Origin: an uncultured bacterium | GTDB lineage: Bacteria > Planctomycetota > UBA1135 > GCA-002686595 | Direction: 5' to 3' | NCBI GenBank assembly: GCA_943787795.1 | Contig: CALSNU010000004.1 | Location: forward strand, 672,001 to 736,000 | Length of the DNA stretch: 64,000 nucleotides | In this document: positions 31,089-40,884 of the stretch, in pieces | How positions within the stretch are numbered: position 1 is the first letter of the stretch | How the letters are laid out: every line of letters starts with the position of its first letter | The notes under the pieces: model-generated | Databases searched by the model: none | What the model was told of the DNA's origin: nothing | The model's input: only the letters and a program-made list of their open reading frames with translations | Position numbers and translations under genes: made by a program

Positions 31089-31523
31089 TGTGGATGGACC
31101 TGTCAACCCTCGTTGACGGACATACCTTGGCACTGTTGAACGTTCGCTCGTAACTGCTGCCTTGAGCGCCCCCGCTTCGGCCTTCAACTTCGATGGTCGA
31201 TGCGGGGGCGCGTTCGTGTTGTCGTGATTTGCTCTACATCTTGAGTCGAGTTGGGTAACGGAGGCCGGCGCGTACGCACGTCTTGGTGACGCTGGTCAGA
31301 CTGATGTGGATGGACCTGTCAACCCTCGTTGACGGACATACCTTGGCACTGTTGAACGTTCGCTCGTAACTGCTGCCTTGAGCGCCCCCGCTTCGGCCTT
31401 CAACTTCGATGGTCGATGCGGGGGCGCGTTCGTGTTGTCGTGATTTGCTCTACATCTTGAGTCGAGTTGGGTAACGGAGGCCGGCGCGTACGCACGTCTT
31501 GGTGACGCTGGTCAGACTGATGT
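31086..31523 (+). repeat. Two tandem copies of the 216-bp repeat plus a terminal TGATGT
   Basis: TGATGT unit starts at 31086, 31302 and 31518 (period 216). Confidence 0.95.
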
Positions 31524-31563
31524 TCGCGCGTCGGGGCGCAGTGCGGGGTTCGCCGTGGAGGGT

Positions 31564-31919
31564 CCGAGCCCCCACCCCTCGCGCCCGCCCGACCCGAGCC
31601 CCAGCTGCGCTTCGCCTGATCCGCCGCCCCAGGGCCACCGCAGCGCGCCCCGATCGACGCCGACGTCCCTCCCCTGAGAGCGCCGGCTGAACTTCGTGGC
31701 CCGACAGGCCGGCGGCGAGGCCCAGGGTGGGGAGTTTCCCCGCATTACCCGTTGCGAGGCTAGCCATTCTCCCCCACCGTCGATCATAGATCGCTTCAGC
31801 GGCCCCTCCCTGGGCCGGGCCCTCGGCCGGGGCGGGCCATCGCCCCTCCCTCCTGTTCTCCTTCAACCACCCCCACGATCCGCTGCTCCGCCAAGTGGCA
31901 GCTTGGATCGCTTATCCAC
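31564..31919 (+). mobile_element. IS91-like end, copy 5 (last ~18 transposase codons + 3' region + oriIS)
   Basis: EPPPLAPARPEPQLRFA* followed by the same ~300-bp end. Confidence 0.85.
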
Positions 31920-31934
31920 CTCCACCGTCGAACG

Positions 31935-32621
31935 ATGAGAGGAAACTCGTCGAGGAATCTCGTGCTCGCGATCGCTGCCGTCCTCGTGGCGGCGGTGATC
32001 GCGTCGAGGCTCATGGATACGACACCCCGGGAGGAAGCCGACGGAGCCTCCGTCGACCGTCGCGCGGTCGACACGGTCGCCGATGCTCTCGAACTCGGGC
32101 CGGCGCCAGCTCTTCCGGGACCGTCGCGTTCACCGGACGAAGTCGGCCCACGGCCGACGGACGAGGGGGTCGAGGAAGAGAGCGGGCCCGAGGAGTTGGA
32201 GTCGGACGAGGATCTACCCGAACGGGTCGCTGTCCTGGACAAAGTACGTGCTCACACACAGGGTATGCCGCAGCGAAGCGCCATCGAGCAGGCGCGCGCA
32301 GCGAACGTCCTGCTCACTGCCAGCGTCACCGCGATCCTGGATGCACGCGGTGACTTCACGATCGTCCTTCCGGACTCGGGCGGGGACCGCTTCGACGTCC
32401 CAGCCGGGATGCACTGTCTCCTGAATGGCGATCGGAGGTACACCTTCTCGGTCGACGAGTTCCCGGAGTTCTCCGAGGTCGTCGAGATCCTCAAGGGCCG
32501 AGGAGAGACGGTCGTAGGGATCGACCCGCAGGAAGTCGGCACGTCGCTGGCGCCGACGCTCAAGGATCAGATCGACCTCCGCTTTCAGGAGGCGCGCGGT
32601 CTCGCGTGGACCCTACGCTGA
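31935..32621 (+). CDS. Hypothetical protein with N-terminal membrane anchor
   Basis: NLVLAIAAVLVAAVIAS TM then an acidic linker; fills the space between ori copies 5 and 6. Confidence 0.65.
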   Translation: MRGNSSRNLVLAIAAVLVAAVIASRLMDTTPREEADGASVDRRAVDTVADALELGPAPALPGPSRSPDEVGPRPTDEGVEEESGPEELESDEDLPERVAVLDKVRAHTQGMPQRSAIEQARAANVLLTASVTAILDARGDFTIVLPDSGGDRFDVPAGMHCLLNGDRRYTFSVDEFPEFSEVVEILKGRGETVVGIDPQEVGTSLAPTLKDQIDLRFQEARGLAWTLR

Positions 32622-32662
32622 CGGTCTTGTTCCTCGGGACGTCGCGGACTCGAGAACGACCG

Positions 32663-32710
32663 CCCACGATCCGCTGCTCCGCCAAGTGGCAGTTTGGATC
32701 GCTTATCCAC
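32663..32710 (+). mobile_element. Minimal oriIS hairpin, copy 6 (48 bp)
   Basis: CCCACGATCCGCTGCTCCGCCAAGTGGCAGTTTGGATCGCTTATCCAC. Confidence 0.85.
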
Positions 32711-32799
32711 GGCTCGAGCGGGCAGGCGACCGACCTAAGCCTAACAGGGGCTCAGGAATCCCTCCCGAGGGTAGCCGCGCACGCGACGCGGAGCACCGG

Positions 32800-33141
32800 T
32801 CAGATCGCTGTCCCGCCCGACTCGCCCGTGCGGACCCGGACGCACTGCTGCAGCTCGGTGACGAAGATCTTCCCGTCCCCCACCTCGCCCTCTCCACGGC
32901 GAGCCGCCTCGAGGATCGCGTCGATGGTCACCTGGGCGAACTCGTCGTTGCACGCGATGTCGACGCGGATCTTGGGCACGAGCTCGGGCCCCACCTCGAG
33001 CCCTCATTAGATCTCCAGACTCTCCGCCTGGCCCCTCCCGGAGCAGCGGGTGACGGTGATGCGGGTGATGTCCGCCTTGATGAGCGCCTGCCGGACCTGG
33101 TCCATCCGCTCGGGGCAGATGATGGCGGTGATGAGCTTCAT
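32800..33141 (-). pseudogene. glnK: P-II nitrogen regulator with two adjacent in-frame stops in the T-loop
   Basis: MKLITAIICPERMDQVRQAL...EI**GLEVGPELVPKIRVDI...GEVGDGKIFV...VRVRTGESG; TAA TGA at 33009-33004. Confidence 0.9.
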
Positions 33142-33161
33142 GGGGCGTTCCTCCTGCTCGC

Positions 33162-33594
33162 TCAGTTGGGGTTCAAGAGGCCGTAGCCGTGCTCGCTGTG
33201 CATGCTGTGGTCCATTCCCGCGAGCTCGCCGCGCTCCTCGAGTCGGAGGCCGACGGTCTTCTCCACGAGCACCAGCAGGACCAACGTGCCCACCGCGGAG
33301 GCGGCGCCCGCCACGAGCACCCCCATGACCTGGTGGCCGAACTGCACCCAGATCCCGCCCTCGGGCACGTCGCGCAGGAAGAAGGTGAGGCCGAGGGCCC
33401 CGATGATGCCGCCGACGCCGTGGATGCCGAAGACGTCCAGGGTGTCGTCGTATCCCATACGGTTCTTGATGGCGATGGCGCCGTAGCAAGCCGCAGACGC
33501 CATGGGCCCGAGGGCCATGGCCCCCACGGGCAGCACGTCACCGGCCGCGGGAGTCACCGCCACGAGGCCCGCGAGGGTCCCCGAGACGAGCCCT
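33162..33594 (-). pseudogene. amtB: Ammonium transporter, C-terminal ~143 aa only
   Basis: SGTLAGLVAVTPAAG, YDDTLDVFGIHGVGG, ELAGMDHSMHSEHGY; the 5' part is missing and replaced by ori copy 7. Confidence 0.9.
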
Positions 33595-33663
33595 GCTGTC
33601 TCCCTTCACCCACCCCCGACGATCCGCTGCTCCGCCAAGTGGCAGTTTGGATCGCTTATCCGC
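33591..33663 (+). mobile_element. oriIS end, copy 7
   Basis: ...CCCCCGACGATCCGCTGCTCCGCCAAGTGGCAGTTTGGATCGCTTATCCGC. Confidence 0.85.
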
Positions 33664-33683
33664 TCGCGCCTCGGCAGCAGAGA

Positions 33684-36600
33684 CTAGCGTGAGTCGCCGG
33701 TCTCCAGGACTCCGTCCTCGGGGCTCCGTGGCTGGCCGTCGGCGTCTCCCTCCATGCGGGCAAGCGCCTTCCGGTAGGGGTGGTCCTGGGTACTTCCCGC
33801 CAATTCGAGCGCCCGGCTCATGGTGGAGATCGCCTCATCGGTCTTGCCGCATGCGAACTGCGCCCAGCCCAGGGTGTAGAGGGGCACCGCGCTACCGGGC
33901 TCCCTTCGGGCGGCGATCGTGGCGAGCCGAAGTCCCAGCTCCACGTCCGTCTCCGCGTTCTCCCGGTCGGGGTCCACGAGCGCGAAGGCGACGCGGAGCA
34001 AGTCGCGTAGCGCCGGCCCGCGATAGCGGGCGGCGGCTTCCAGGGTCGCCTCACGCAGGGCGCCGCTGAGGGAACTGTCACCCTCAAGGTCCTCTCGCCA
34101 GGAGGTCTCCCCGGGGTCCCTCAGGTAGCGCTCTCGAACGATCTGCTGGGCCTCCGCGCGTAACCTCTCATCGGCTTCGCGGAGCGGCTTCGCGCGCCAG
34201 CTCGGGAGCGCCTCGTCGACCCGGCTCTCCAGGATCAGCAGGTCGCCGCTGGTGGTCCCTGCGGCGAGACGCGTGCCCGCTGAGTTCCATTGCAGCCTGC
34301 AGATGACGCGCTCCGGGTCGTAGAGGCTCAGGACCGGCTCTCCCAGCTCGCCCTCCTGGATCCTCAGATCGCCCCCCAGGGACGCGCTCGCGATGCGATC
34401 CCCCTCGCGCGACCAGCTGACCACCCTCCGGTCCGAGCCTGCGCTGATGATCTCGACCGCTGCCTTGCTGCTCAGGGGCTCGATCCACTGGAGGCTGCCG
34501 TCCGTGCCGGACAGGACCAACCGTTGACCGTCGGCAGACCAGGCGATGCCGGCGACTCCAGATCCGGTCGGAGCCGGGAGGCGGGTCCTCGTCGCCAGGT
34601 CCCAGACCGCGACTTCCGCCTGGAGACCCTCATCGACGATCGCGGCCAAGAGGCGTCCGTCCGGACGGACGGTGAGGCCTCGGATCTTGGAACCGCCCAT
34701 GGCCACGGAGAAGAACTCGCGGTCCTGCTCGGTGACGTCGTCCCCCTCCAGCGTCCACTCCACATCGAACGCTCGATCCTTGAGGTCTGTGGGAAGCGTG
34801 AGAGAGCTCTGGCGAGCTCCGCTGACGGCGTCCAGGACCAGCACCTCGTGCTCGTCGGTACCCGCCAGGAGCATGGAGCCATCCGGGGTCCAAGCCAGCC
34901 CCGTGACCATGGCGTCGACCTTGTCGAGCTCGCGCACGACTGCGCCTGTGGAGCCCTCCCGGATGACCAGGCCGCCTCCGGGGCCGATCGAGGCGAGCTC
35001 GGTGCCAGTGGGAGACCACGCGAACGGCAGGGGCTGCCCCGCCGGCATGCCGTGCGTGTTCAGGAGACGCCCCGTCTCGCTATGGAAGACCCTCAGCGTT
35101 CGATCCTCTTCACCGGTCGTGACGAGCCGGGTGCCATCCGGGCTCCAGGCGAGATGCTCGATGGGCCCCTGGTGACCGCTCAGGACGACTGCGGCTTCGT
35201 TCCCGGGCAGGCTGAAGACCCTGACCTTGCCCGTACTCGAGATCGACGCGACCTGAGCCCCCGTGGGCGCCCAGGTGAGGTCCACGGCCTCCTCGGTGGC
35301 GATCCGGAAGGTCTGGATCACCCGGCCCACGTCGGCGCTTCGCGCCGTGGACTCGCCGCCCTTGATGGAGAGGACCTGCTCACCGGTCGGGCTCCACTCG
35401 GCGACGGGGCGGAAGTAGCCCGAGCTGAGCGTCCACACCGCGGCGCCGGTCCTGGCTTCGATCGTCTGGAGTGAGAAGTCCGCGCAGACGAGGATCTTTG
35501 ACCCGTCGGGGCTGACGTCGATCCGGCGCAGCTGTTGGGGCTTCTCGAATAGCCGCCTGGGCTGCTGCTCCTGGACCGGACCCCAGGACAGGAGCGTGCT
35601 CTCCCCGAGAATGAAGAGCTCATCGGCGTCCAGCGGGTGCCAGGCGAGGTCCTTGACAGGTTCGCGCACCTCGACGGTCGAGGTGCTGCGCCTCGTGACC
35701 ACGTCCCACACTTGAGCGGTGCCGTCGGGGCCCCCAGCTGTGGCCACCTGCCGTCCGTCGGCACTCCATGCCACGGCCTCGAGTGGCGACCCTTGCCCTT
35801 GATCTGAGAAGACCCGGGCGCCGGTCGCGACGTCCCAGACGAGGAGCCCCCCTTCAGAGTCCACCGCGGCGACTCGCCTCCCGGCAGGCTCCCAAGCGAG
35901 GGAGGTCACCTTCTCCGAGAGCCCCTCCAGGGTCTTGACCACCTCGCTCGTGGCCGTGTCAACGATCTGGACCCGGTGGTCACCGAAGCTCGCGGCTAGA
36001 AGAGAGCTGTTCGGGCTCCATTCGATCCTGTGGTCAGACGAGAACTCGGCCAGCGGGGAGAGGCTCGAGAGCTGAATCGAGGAGAGGCTGGGATCAAGCT
36101 GGAGGTTCAGGTGTCCCCACTCAAACCCGCGAAGGTGCTCAGGGGTCCTCCGGAGCCACGCGGTGGCGCTCGCCCGATCGCCCTGGTCGAGGGCCGACTG
36201 GGCCGCGAGGATGCTGGCGGTGTAGGCGCTGCGCTGGGCCGAATCGCGCTCTTGCTCGGCCATGGCCAGGGCCTCTCGGGTTCGGTCCGCCGAGCGGCCC
36301 GCGGCCGCGGCGTTCAGGTGGGCCAGGACCCCAAGCCACGAGATCAACGCGATCGACAGCAGGCCGCCCGCTGCGAGGAGGCTCCGGGTCGGGTGGCGCT
36401 TGATCCACTTCCGTGCGACCTGCAGCGCAGTGGGGGGCGTCGCGAGGATCGGCTCCTCGGCGAGATAGCGACGCAGGTCGTCCGCGAGCTCGGCCATGGT
36501 CGCGTAGCGCCCGTTGGGGTCCTTCTCGAGGGCCTTTCCGCAGATCACGGCGAGCTCGGTGGGGACCTTGGAGCGAACCTCATTGGCTGGCGGTGGGTCA

Positions 36601-37385
36601 ACGACGAGGATCTTCTGGGCGATCTGCTCGGTCGTGTCTCCAGCGAAGGGCCTGATCAGGGTCAACAGCTCGTAGAGGACGACCCCTAGGCTGAACTGGT
36701 CCGTGCGATGGTCGACGCCAGCGCGTTTCGCAGCCACCTGCTCGGGGCTCATGTAGAAGTACGTTCCGATCAGCTCGCCGGCCGACGAGATCGAACGCTC
36801 ATCGACCACCTTGGCGAGGCCGAAGTCCGTGATCTTCGGCAGGTCGTCCGGGGTCACGAGGATGTTGGCGGGCTTGATGTCACGGTGGATGACCCCCACC
36901 TCGTGCGCGGCGTGGAGCGCCTCGGCGGCGCGCGCGACGAACGACGCCACCTGCGGGTAGTAGTCCGCCGTGACGTCCTGGGGCTCGCGGATCGAGTCGA
37001 TGGACTGGCGCAGGTCGCAGGAGTCCTCGACGAGCTCCATGCAGATCCAGTACAGCCCGTCATCCTCGCCGCTGCCGTGGACCGCGACGATCCCCGGGTG
37101 GGAGAGTCGGCCGGCGGCGCGGGCCTCTCTGGTAAAGAAGTCGATCCCGCGCTCGGTGACCTGGTCCGGCAGGAGGACCTTCAGGGCGACGCGTCGCGAG
37201 AGCGAGCGCTGCTCGGCGATCCAGACCTCGCCCATGCCGCCGCGGCCGAGGAGGCTGAGCAGCCGAAAGTCACCGACCTCCTTGCCCTCGTGGGCGTGGT
37301 GAGCGCTGGCGCGAGGGCGCTCGGCCCCACCCTGGTGGAGGACCGAATTTCCCCAGTCAGGGGAGGGTGGAGGTGAAGGGCCCAA
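33684..37385 (-). CDS. Hanks-type Ser/Thr protein kinase with WD40 repeats and C-terminal TPR-like helices (start uncertain)
   Basis: [35 protein letters not shown]; one TM; many AWSPDG-type WD40 repeats. Confidence 0.93.
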   Translation of the reverse strand: MGPSPPPSPDWGNSVLHQGGAERPRASAHHAHEGKEVGDFRLLSLLGRGGMGEVWIAEQRSLSRRVALKVLLPDQVTERGIDFFTREARAAGRLSHPGIVAVHGSGEDDGLYWICMELVEDSCDLRQSIDSIREPQDVTADYYPQVASFVARAAEALHAAHEVGVIHRDIKPANILVTPDDLPKITDFGLAKVVDERSISSAGELIGTYFYMSPEQVAAKRAGVDHRTDQFSLGVVLYELLTLIRPFAGDTTEQIAQKILVVDPPPANEVRSKVPTELAVICGKALEKDPNGRYATMAELADDLRRYLAEEPILATPPTALQVARKWIKRHPTRSLLAAGGLLSIALISWLGVLAHLNAAAAGRSADRTREALAMAEQERDSAQRSAYTASILAAQSALDQGDRASATAWLRRTPEHLRGFEWGHLNLQLDPSLSSIQLSSLSPLAEFSSDHRIEWSPNSSLLAASFGDHRVQIVDTATSEVVKTLEGLSEKVTSLAWEPAGRRVAAVDSEGGLLVWDVATGARVFSDQGQGSPLEAVAWSADGRQVATAGGPDGTAQVWDVVTRRSTSTVEVREPVKDLAWHPLDADELFILGESTLLSWGPVQEQQPRRLFEKPQQLRRIDVSPDGSKILVCADFSLQTIEARTGAAVWTLSSGYFRPVAEWSPTGEQVLSIKGGESTARSADVGRVIQTFRIATEEAVDLTWAPTGAQVASISSTGKVRVFSLPGNEAAVVLSGHQGPIEHLAWSPDGTRLVTTGEEDRTLRVFHSETGRLLNTHGMPAGQPLPFAWSPTGTELASIGPGGGLVIREGSTGAVVRELDKVDAMVTGLAWTPDGSMLLAGTDEHEVLVLDAVSGARQSSLTLPTDLKDRAFDVEWTLEGDDVTEQDREFFSVAMGGSKIRGLTVRPDGRLLAAIVDEGLQAEVAVWDLATRTRLPAPTGSGVAGIAWSADGQRLVLSGTDGSLQWIEPLSSKAAVEIISAGSDRRVVSWSREGDRIASASLGGDLRIQEGELGEPVLSLYDPERVICRLQWNSAGTRLAAGTTSGDLLILESRVDEALPSWRAKPLREADERLRAEAQQIVRERYLRDPGETSWREDLEGDSSLSGALREATLEAAARYRGPALRDLLRVAFALVDPDRENAETDVELGLRLATIAARREPGSAVPLYTLGWAQFACGKTDEAISTMSRALELAGSTQDHPYRKALARMEGDADGQPRSPEDGVLETGDSR

Positions 37386-37515
37386 GCGAGGTATTCAGGG
37401 GGAGAGAGGTTGGGGCGGGTCCTTCTAACGCCAGCGCCCTGCCGGGCGAGGGTGGCGAACCGCGCGACAAGCACCGGCGCAGACGCGCCTTGGACATAAT
37501 CCTAGCAGGGCGCGG

Positions 37516-37558
37516 GTGATAAGCGATCCAGGCTGCGACTTGGCGGAGCATAGGATCG
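37516..37558 (-). mobile_element. Diverged minimal oriIS hairpin, copy 8
   Basis: Reverse complement CGATCCTATGCTCCGCCAAGTCGCAGCCTGGATCGCTTATCAC. Confidence 0.75.
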
Positions 37559-37577
37559 CTTGTCCGTCCCCCCCACC

Positions 37578-39443
37578 TCACGGGCAGGTCTGAATCGCGA
37601 GGGCATTCGACAGGCTCGGAGACAGGCCCTGGCTCAGCGCCTGCACCGCGAACTGACCGCTGGAGAGCGCCGTCCATCCAGCGGCGCCGGGGTGCCACGG
37701 GAGGAGAGCCGCGCCCCCCGGCCCGGCCTGCCCGTGCGCGATCACGCGGCGACCGCCGCCGAGGCAGAGGCTCCCCGCAGGCACGCCCATCGGCAGGCCG
37801 CGCTGGCCGCCCACGAGGGCGACGGTGGCGCCGGGCGCCGCGTCGGTCAGCACGAAGTGCAGGCTGCTCGCTGCCTGCGGCGGCATCAGCTCGAGCTGCG
37901 GCGCGCCGGCTCCCTGGTCGCAGAAGGACACCACGTCGAAGCAAGGACCGGTGCCGTCCAGCGGCACCCGGGTGTAGGGAGCGCTGATCGGGAGCGTATG
38001 GCCATCGACGGTCGCGGTGTGGGTGGTGACCAGGTCGATGGACGTGCGCCCCGGCTCCAGCAGAATCGAGACGGTCCAGGTGCTGCCGCTCCCCACCATC
38101 TCGGCCCAGTTCTCCGCAGGGAAGAGGTCGTAGAGATACCAGGACGATCCGTCCGGGCCGCGGTCGTACATCCAGAAGACGCGGCTCTCCTCGGGCTCGC
38201 CGCCCTCGGGGAAGGTCACCGTGACGTCGAGCTCAGCGCCGTTGACCACCGCGGAGATCTCAGGCGTCTCGAGCCCGCCCCCGGCGCCGAACAGCTGCTC
38301 GGCGAAGAAGGCGGGGTTCACGCCGTTCGTAGGCGCCTCGGGATGACCCGAGCGGTCGTGGCCGCCGTTGGGGACGATGTAGGTCCGCAGGCCGGGCAGG
38401 ACCGTGCTCGTGCCGGGCACGTCGTACGCGACCCAGTCGTGGGAGCCCGGGAGGCTGAAGATCTCGACGCCCCGGTCCGTGAGCTGCTCCCAATTCTCGC
38501 TCACGTAGAGGTCGTCGGCGACGCCGTCGAAGGCCGCCTGCAGCTCCGCCTCGGTCCACCCGTACGCAAGGATGGCCGCGCGGATCTCGTCCCCGGACCG
38601 GAAGCCCTTGGAGTAGTAGGACCAAGGCTGATCGCCGGCCGGGAGGCCTGCGGCCACGGCCAGGTCGAAGTCTTCGTCCGCGGCAAGGACGTCGGTGACG
38701 GCGTCGAGGTCACCAGATCGGACGGGGGACCGGGCCGTGAACGCGTGTGTGCTCCGGACCGCCGTGATGCGCTCGTCGTGGATGGACGAGATCAGGGGCG
38801 CGATGCCGTTCTTGGAGTTGCCGTGCGCGATCACCGGACCAGGCTGAATCAGGGGGTCGTCGAAGGCCGCAGTGATCGAGCGCATCATGGTGGCGCTCCA
38901 CAGGAAGACCTCCGTGTAGCGGTAGTCGAGGGTCTCGACGAAGCGACCACGCATGACAGTCGTCGAGGGGAGATTGTCGTAGGAGCTGACGGGGCCGATC
39001 CTCGGTGTGACGACACCGACGCCGCCGTCGATGGCCAGCTGGGTCCCGTCGCTCACGAAGAGCTCCTGATCGCCGTCACCGAGGTCCTTGCGGCCTCCGA
39101 TCACGAATCCGTTGACCGGGCCCGTAAGAGGGACGATGAGCCTGACCGGGACACGGATCTCCACGCCCGTCCACCATTCGTCGACGTGGATGTCGATGAG
39201 CTTCTGGCGGGTGGTGCCGCCGACGGTGTCCACGTGCCAGTCCTCCAAGACGACGACGTCCAACGTGCTCGCGTCGGTCATGGTCGGCATGTGGAACGGC
39301 TCGTCGGGGGTGGGCCCGCTCAGCTGCACGGAGCCCGTGGCATCGCCGGGAGTCGCGCCCTGCGCGAGCGCAACGGAAGGCATCAGGAAGGCCAGGGCAA
39401 CGACGCCCCTGACTGAAAGCGTGATCACGGTCGTGTGGGTCAT
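37578..39443 (-). CDS. Secreted alpha/beta-hydrolase-fold protein (PqaA-like) with a divergent shared C-terminal domain
   Basis: Signal peptide; nucleophile elbow HGNSKNG, GSHDW, PNGGH; C-terminal SFC...GSLCLGG...FAVQ...SNALAI. Confidence 0.65.
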   Translation of the reverse strand: MTHTTVITLSVRGVVALAFLMPSVALAQGATPGDATGSVQLSGPTPDEPFHMPTMTDASTLDVVVLEDWHVDTVGGTTRQKLIDIHVDEWWTGVEIRVPVRLIVPLTGPVNGFVIGGRKDLGDGDQELFVSDGTQLAIDGGVGVVTPRIGPVSSYDNLPSTTVMRGRFVETLDYRYTEVFLWSATMMRSITAAFDDPLIQPGPVIAHGNSKNGIAPLISSIHDERITAVRSTHAFTARSPVRSGDLDAVTDVLAADEDFDLAVAAGLPAGDQPWSYYSKGFRSGDEIRAAILAYGWTEAELQAAFDGVADDLYVSENWEQLTDRGVEIFSLPGSHDWVAYDVPGTSTVLPGLRTYIVPNGGHDRSGHPEAPTNGVNPAFFAEQLFGAGGGLETPEISAVVNGAELDVTVTFPEGGEPEESRVFWMYDRGPDGSSWYLYDLFPAENWAEMVGSGSTWTVSILLEPGRTSIDLVTTHTATVDGHTLPISAPYTRVPLDGTGPCFDVVSFCDQGAGAPQLELMPPQAASSLHFVLTDAAPGATVALVGGQRGLPMGVPAGSLCLGGGRRVIAHGQAGPGGAALLPWHPGAAGWTALSSGQFAVQALSQGLSPSLSNALAIQTCP

Positions 39444-39725
39444 GGACTCTTCCCCTTCGTACTGAAGGAGGACGGCAGGCAGGGTTGGCGGGTTGGCTGA
39501 GGCGCCCTTGCGGACGACGCCTTGAACCGACCTGCTCACCGACGGTTCCGCTCGACCTGCGGATCCGCAGGGCTCCCTGTCGCCGCGTGGGCCGTGGACT
39601 TGAGATACGGCCACCAGGCTGGAGCCGAGCGCCGGTCCGCAACGACCCTCCGGGACACGCCGGCATCGCGTGATGCTCCCACCGCGCGAGCTCATCGAGA
39701 GACCTCGGGGTGCAGAAGCGCCAGT

Positions 39726-39955
39726 CCCCTCCCCCGGGCGCCTGCTGCGCGTCGTTGCCCCACGGAGCGGTACCGGGATGAGCGGCGAGGCTTCTTCCGC
39801 CCATCCCCTTGCGGATCCAGGGGACGTCCCAAGTATCGACCAAGCGGGCTCTCAGCGGCCCGTCCCTGGGCCGCCCATCGCCCGTGCGTTCTGCTCCTCT
39901 TCACCCCCACACCATCCCATGCCCCGCCAAGGCGCAGCTTGGATTGCAGGTCCCC
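39726..39955 (+). mobile_element. Degenerate IS91-like end, copy 9 (second subfamily)
   Basis: Aligns by eye with the reverse complement of 50749-50980; ends CCGCCAAGGCGCAGCTTGGATTGCAGGTCCCC. Confidence 0.65.
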
Positions 39956-40029
39956 AGTTCCTGAGCCCCTGCTAGCTTCAGGCGGACCGCTTGACCGCTC
40001 GAGCCCACCCCTGATCCGCGACCTCCGTC

Positions 40030-40527
40030 ATGAGCATCAGTACGCCCCGGCCCTCCTCCAGCATCCTCGCGGCGCTCCTCCTCCCGCTCCTCCTCGGCGC
40101 GCTTGCCCTGGGGAGCTGCGGTGGTTCCCGCACCCCCTTCGGCTTCGTTCATGATGGACAGACGGCGCTCGAGGATGTCCGCGTGACCGGAAGCTCCGGT
40201 CAAGACCTCTTCGATGGCCTCGGGCACTACCTCGTGATCACGAACGGCGCCGAAGAAGATCTCATCGAGGCGGACCTGATCTTCAACGACGAGTTCCGAT
40301 GCGACGTCAAGAAGCTCCTCGTGCACCGGGGGTTCTGGGACGGTACTGCCCCCTTCGGCAGGTCGACGCTGGGGCCGGGAGAGTCGGTGGAGTTCGGCTT
40401 CAGCCACGACATTCCTAACCGGCACCTCATGGTGAACGCAGAGGGTGAGTGCCTCCCCAAAGAAGCCCAGCTCACCTCCGTGACGATCGAGGCGGAAGGG
40501 CAGGTCGGGCGCTGGACCCGGCCCTGA
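40030..40527 (+). CDS. Hypothetical lipoprotein
   Basis: Hydrophobic signal with lipobox LGS-C. Confidence 0.65.
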   Translation: MSISTPRPSSSILAALLLPLLLGALALGSCGGSRTPFGFVHDGQTALEDVRVTGSSGQDLFDGLGHYLVITNGAEEDLIEADLIFNDEFRCDVKKLLVHRGFWDGTAPFGRSTLGPGESVEFGFSHDIPNRHLMVNAEGECLPKEAQLTSVTIEAEGQVGRWTRP

Positions 40528-40884
40528 TCTCCCTGACGAGCCGGAGCGGCGAGGCTCAGCGGAATCGCCAGGTGACCGGCTCGGCGCCCCGGTCCCAGCT
40601 TCGGAGTTCCCGGGTCGCGGCGTGGTAGCACCAGGCGGGGGTCTGCGTGCCGACAGGGAGAAGTCACCCGCTCCACGGTCTTACCCTCCCCTCGGGGCGG
40701 GGCTTGGGGCGGAAGGCAGGGCAGGGAAGAGCGCGCGGCGGTCCCCCTGACGGGCCTGCGGTCCGCCGCCCTGGAGCGTCATGGCGGGCGCCGATCCCGG
40801 AATGGGACCAGATCAATCCGTCAGGAGCGGCGAACAGCACTCGCTGGACTAACCTCGGACACGTCCTACCCCGCTCCCTCCCCA

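Noticed and set aside
31086..31517. 216-bp repeat as omegaRNA/HEARO, retron ncRNA or group II intron piece
   Set aside because: Only a short GTCAAC/GTTGAC hairpin is reminiscent. There is no IscB/TnpB or reverse transcriptase nearby and no intron boundary motifs.
33004..33009. Stop-codon recoding in glnK
   Set aside because: TAA and TGA terminate other genes normally here, and the upstream amtB is truncated, so pseudogenisation is simpler.
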